Assembly: GCF_000018105.1 (NCBI RefSeq)
Contig: NC_009925.1
Span: 6,090,001 to 6,122,000 of the forward strand
Source of the DNA: Acaryochloris marina MBIC11017
GTDB lineage: Bacteria; Cyanobacteriota; Cyanobacteriia; Thermosynechococcales; Thermosynechococcaceae
Reading direction: 5' to 3'
DNA: 32,000 bases
Positions 27,058-32,000 of the stretch are shown here, one piece after another; the stretch's first letter is position 1, and every line of letters starts with the position of its first letter. The notes under the pieces were generated by a model. The model was not told where the DNA came from, made no database searches, and saw only the letters and a program-made list of their open reading frames with translations. The position numbers were made by a program, and so were the translations under genes.

Positions 27058-27474
27058 ATGGATAATCAACCCCTTAAGCAATCCGTCCGAATGGCAGTCG
27101 TTATGGGCATTTTCCTACCCCTTGCCGAAACCGTCCGACGCTCCAACCATATTTTGGATATCTTGCGCTTTCTGAACTGGTTTGATGATTACATTCTGGG
27201 AGGTGTGCTGTTACTGGCAGCATACTTAGTCCTTCGCCAGGTAGCCAATGGTATTACCTACCTAGTCGCAGCTTGGTCCTTTGCCGCAGGAGCGCTAGCT
27301 CTGAGCTTTTTAGGACAACTTGATTACTTCAGGACCCACACAGCTGATCCAGGCATCTTTAACACAGCCTTTATCGCCTTTGCCAAGGGGATGATCTTTA
27401 TCTATCTGATGGTTGGCCTAGGGTTAGCCATCAAAGCCAACGCTATCCGAGAGAAACAACTCATGCAGAAATAG
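27058..27474 (+). CDS. Small integral membrane protein (about 4 TM)
   Basis: 138-aa ORF with four hydrophobic segments (VVMGIFLPL..., ILGGVLLLAAYLVL, ITYLVAAWSFAAGALALSFL, GMIFIYLMVGLGLAI). Confidence 0.6.
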   Translation: MDNQPLKQSVRMAVVMGIFLPLAETVRRSNHILDILRFLNWFDDYILGGVLLLAAYLVLRQVANGITYLVAAWSFAAGALALSFLGQLDYFRTHTADPGIFNTAFIAFAKGMIFIYLMVGLGLAIKANAIREKQLMQK

Positions 27475-27613
27475 CCCCATCTGCCAAAGAATAGTCCTAA
27501 GCCGGGCTTTTCGATTCTTGAAGCGGGAAAGATTAACCGATTGAATCCCAACACCTTGATGGGAAGCGAACCAGTCGGTACCCTCATAGATATCTGCTCT
27601 GAGGATCTAGATC

Positions 27614-29704
27614 GTGACTTTTAATATTCGCCAGCTCGACGGCCTGGATTATGACGAAGCTGAACCCTTATTTGACGATTACATCAATGGTTTGATCAAC
27701 GAATTCATCCAATCAGACGTGGGAATTGCCCATACCCAAACTTACCCAGAGGGAGGATTTTGGATCGGCACGTTTATTGAAATGGCCTTTGCCTACGGTG
27801 AATTTACCCTACCGAAGATGACCAAAGGGGACGCCCAGCTGGTGATGGAGAATATCCTGCCTCGTAAGCTTACCTTACGCGATCGAAGTGAAGCTGAGGA
27901 CGCGATTCCTGAGTTAGTGGCCTTTTGGACCTTTTTGAAACGAGAGTATAAATTGCGCAGCGGGGGTGCGATCGCAAAATATCTCACCTCTATCCAAGAC
28001 AAATTTGCAGACTGGATGTTTGATGCATCCCGAGGCGGCATTGCTAAAAACTTTATGCTGCAGGGAATGCAGGCGGGCTTTGATATGTCGAGTCAAGCCG
28101 ATATAGAGGCATTTCAAGCGGAATATAATCAGCGCATCAAAGCTGATCCACAAAATAATCCCCTTATCCCTGTTGAACCAACAGTTCCCATGACAGCTCC
28201 TCCTCCAGATATTCAGAAGTTTCTGGATTTAATGGGAGTCGAACTACCGGAAGTGGGCGAACAGGTCAACCCGGTAGAGCTGCTCAACAAAATAATGGAT
28301 GCAGCCGATCAGATGGCTGACCTCCTGGACGCTACTGGACCAGCCGCCAAGGAAGGACCGGGGGATACTCTACGCTCCCTCAGAACTGAATTGATGTCCG
28401 CGTCCTTAGATAAAGATGCCTCCTTGTCAGAGCAAGAGATTACACAGCTTAAAGCACTGACCATTAGTGAAACTCAACCTGGTTCCATCCTTAAAGACTT
28501 TCAAACCCTATTAGGGTTTATTGGTCTCGAAGGTCGAGCGGTCAGTGGCAAACGACAGCAAATTTCCATGAAGGACCTCGCTGAACTGAACCAGCAGTTG
28601 AGCACTCCCATAGACATTGATCTAAAACGTCCAGCTCAAAAATCCTATCCGCCAATCCATGGACTCTATCTGCTGTTGAGGGCAACAGGTATTGTAAGCT
28701 CAGTGACCAAAGGCAAAAAACAATTTCTGGTTCTGAATCAACCTGTATATGAACTCTGGCAACAACTCAATCCCACAGAACGGTACTGCACGCTACTGGA
28801 AGCGTGGCTGATTCGCGGCTATGCAGAAATGCTAGGGGAGGACCGCATGGGATTCCTCACAGAAGGCAATCGCTGCATACAAGGTTGGGAAAGGATTGCT
28901 GACCAGAAAAAGCATACATTTAATCAGAAAAAGTCATCCCTGGATTTTTTCAGCTACTATCCTGGCATCCATAATCTAGCGCTAATGGAGATGTTTGGCT
29001 TTTTGAACATTACGACCGGGAAACCGGAAGCTGGGAAAGGATGGCGGATTAAGAGTTTTGAAGCATTACCCTTGGGGTCACCCATATTCAAGTTGGTTCG
29101 GAATGCTTATGAACAGAATGATATGACTTGGCCTTCTGAGGTCGATCCATCTGTTCCCTACGATGAATTACAAGATACCCTACAACCCTATTTCCCGGAA
29201 TGGCAGAAAACCCTGGTCTTAGCTAGTTCAGGCTTTCGTCCCGATCGCCATATTTTTAAGGTTAGTTTAGGAAAAATCTGGCGACGGATTGCCATCTCAG
29301 GAGAAGCCACTTTAGAGGATCTCAGTGCTTATATTCTCTCCTCCGTCGAGTTTGACTCAGATCATCTGGATTCCTTTACCTATACCAATGCAATGGGGCG
29401 AAAAGTGGAAGTACTACATCCCTATGCCGACGGCGGCTTCTTCTCTAGAGGAGTACCGCTTCATACCGATGAAGTTAAAATTGGCAGCCTCCCCCTGTCA
29501 GAAGGCAGTGTGATGGAATATCTGTTTGACTTTGGAGATTGCTGGACTTTTGACGTTCAACTCGAAACCATCGAGCCAGATCTCAACCAAATTCAGAGCA
29601 CTCGAACTAAAAAGAAAAAGAAGAAAAAAACACCTGTGGGTGAAATCTTGGAGGTACATGGAGAATCCCCCGAACAATACCCAGGTTATGAAGGGGATTG
29701 GTAG
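27614..29704 (+). CDS. Large protein of unknown function with a C-terminal plasmid pRiA4b ORF-3-like (MM3350-like) domain and a poly-Lys tail
   Basis: 696 aa with a GTG start. The C-terminal IFKVSLGKIWRRIAISGEATLEDLSAYILSSVEFDSDHLDSFTY...MEYLFDFGDCWTFDVQLETIE fits the family signature (IWRRI..., YxYDFGDxWxH-like). KKKKKKK is encoded at 29609-29630. Confidence 0.75.
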   Translation: MTFNIRQLDGLDYDEAEPLFDDYINGLINEFIQSDVGIAHTQTYPEGGFWIGTFIEMAFAYGEFTLPKMTKGDAQLVMENILPRKLTLRDRSEAEDAIPELVAFWTFLKREYKLRSGGAIAKYLTSIQDKFADWMFDASRGGIAKNFMLQGMQAGFDMSSQADIEAFQAEYNQRIKADPQNNPLIPVEPTVPMTAPPPDIQKFLDLMGVELPEVGEQVNPVELLNKIMDAADQMADLLDATGPAAKEGPGDTLRSLRTELMSASLDKDASLSEQEITQLKALTISETQPGSILKDFQTLLGFIGLEGRAVSGKRQQISMKDLAELNQQLSTPIDIDLKRPAQKSYPPIHGLYLLLRATGIVSSVTKGKKQFLVLNQPVYELWQQLNPTERYCTLLEAWLIRGYAEMLGEDRMGFLTEGNRCIQGWERIADQKKHTFNQKKSSLDFFSYYPGIHNLALMEMFGFLNITTGKPEAGKGWRIKSFEALPLGSPIFKLVRNAYEQNDMTWPSEVDPSVPYDELQDTLQPYFPEWQKTLVLASSGFRPDRHIFKVSLGKIWRRIAISGEATLEDLSAYILSSVEFDSDHLDSFTYTNAMGRKVEVLHPYADGGFFSRGVPLHTDEVKIGSLPLSEGSVMEYLFDFGDCWTFDVQLETIEPDLNQIQSTRTKKKKKKKTPVGEILEVHGESPEQYPGYEGDW

Positions 29705-29783
29705 CTTCTGCTCAGTCCTTAGAGATTCATGACTCAAGGATTCTTCCTCAAACCTTCAAGTAAAAAAGCGATTGTCTTAGCTG

Positions 29784-31000
<1,217 letters not shown>

Positions 31001-31049
31001 TTCTGCTCAGGATGATTAAGATCACCCTACGGAATGGTTTGAGATCAAT

Positions 31050-32000
31050 ATGTCCGCTGAAATAGCAGTACGCACCCAGGGATTGACGAAGCGATTTGGT
31101 CGTCACGTTGCGGTCAACGACTTAGACTTAGAAATTGGTTCAGGGGAAGTTTTTGGGCTTATTGGTCCTAATGGAGCCGGTAAGACCACCCTGATTCGGA
31201 TGTTGGCGACGGCAGAACAGCCCACCCTTGGCCATATCTATATTCGAGGCCAGTTGTTAGAGCGCAATCAAACCAATGCTCATCTTAAGCGCCTGATCGG
31301 TTATCTCCCCGATGATTTTCCCCTCTACGAAGATCTGACGGTGTGGGAATATCTCAATTACTTTGCCCGTTTGTATGAGTTACGCCAGCCTCGCCGCCGT
31401 CAACGTCTGTTTGATGTTTTGGAGCTGGTGCAGTTGACCCATAAGCGACGGAGTTCCGTTGCCAGTCTATCGCGGGGCATGAAGCAGCGACTGGGCCTCG
31501 CTAGGACAATCATCCATGAGCCTGTTTTGCTGCTGTTAGACGAACCCGTCTCTGGCTTAGATCCCCTTGCTAGAGTTCAGTTTCGGGAATTGATTAATGT
31601 GCTGCGAGAGGCAGGCATGACTATTGTCATTTCCTCCCATATTCTCAGTGACCTCGCCGAACTTTGCACCTCAGTGGGGATTATGGAATTGGGCTATTTG
31701 GTGGAAAAGACTTCACTCCAGCAGCTTTACCAAGCCTTAAGCCAACAGCAAATTCAGATTGCCACCCTGGGGGACTTGCCGCCCGTGGAACAACTGTTGG
31801 GGCAATGCCCTCATATAGAGAGTTGGCGTGTAGATCCAGCGACCCAACAGATCAAAGCTCAATTTCAAGGGAATCAAGCAGATGCCGCTGCCTTATTGCG
31901 ATCTCTCCTAGCAGCTGATATTCCCATCTATAACTTTCAGTGCATTCAAGAAGATTTAGAAACCATCTTTCTCGATAAACTAGATCATAAGCAGGTGTCA
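31050..32000 (+). CDS. ABC transporter ATP-binding protein (ABC-2 type), 3' end beyond the window
   Basis: Manual translation from ATG 31050 gives MSAEIAVRTQGLTKRFGRHVAVNDLDLEIGSGEVFGLIGPNGAGKTTLIRML... (Walker A), LSRGMKQRLGLA (signature) and LLLLDEP (Walker B). The frame stays open to position 32000. Confidence 0.9.
   Translation, partial: MSAEIAVRTQGLTKRFGRHVAVNDLDLEIGSGEVFGLIGPNGAGKTTLIRMLATAEQPTLGHIYIRGQLLERNQTNAHLKRLIGYLPDDFPLYEDLTVWEYLNYFARLYELRQPRRRQRLFDVLELVQLTHKRRSSVASLSRGMKQRLGLARTIIHEPVLLLLDEPVSGLDPLARVQFRELINVLREAGMTIVISSHILSDLAELCTSVGIMELGYLVEKTSLQQLYQALSQQQIQIATLGDLPPVEQLLGQCPHIESWRVDPATQQIKAQFQGNQADAAALLRSLLAADIPIYNFQCIQEDLETIFLDKLDHKQVS

Noticed and set aside
31664-31918. 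84-aa plus-strand ORF near the right edge.
   Set aside because: It is out of frame within the clearly supported ABC ATPase coding sequence (31050-32000).

Overview
This is a cyanobacterial chromosomal segment. It carries nine copies of the HIP1 palindrome GCGATCGC, petP, cydAB, an ArsA/Get3-like ATPase, a transaldolase with a C-terminal EF-hand pair, and a giant WD40 STAND protein. Core-like flanks (1-11.6 kb and 21.3-32 kb) surround a mosaic accessory island of about 8.7 kb (roughly 11.65-20.38 kb). The island has no HIP1 site, is very AT-rich in places and is littered with mobile DNA. It contains two diverged IS1-family remnants, one apparently intact IS1-family element, and an IS630-family element inserted in a decayed Rpn-type nuclease pseudogene. 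It also holds an orphan type IV pilin gene behind 1.1 kb of ORF-free AT-rich DNA, a low-GC sulfotransferase, and a tightly packed three-gene cassette at 15660-18389. My best candidate for an undescribed system is that cassette: a DUF4157 (HExxH zincin) toxin-like protein with an unrecognised C-terminal domain, a divergent polyprenyl-synthase-fold protein, and a small ORF. The second candidate is the 1191-aa HTH/NB-ARC/pentapeptide/14xWD40 STAND NTPase (7175-10750) with the internally duplicated multi-pass membrane protein 46 nt downstream. An IS110-family element (about 29716-31010) sits 2 nt after the stop codon of a 696-aa protein with a pRiA4b-ORF3-like domain, is flanked by a 10-bp direct repeat, and has a 5' non-coding arm of about 265 nt that could encode a bridge RNA. 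I recognised no rRNA, tRNA or CRISPR array. All domain calls come from motif recognition by eye, not from database searches.
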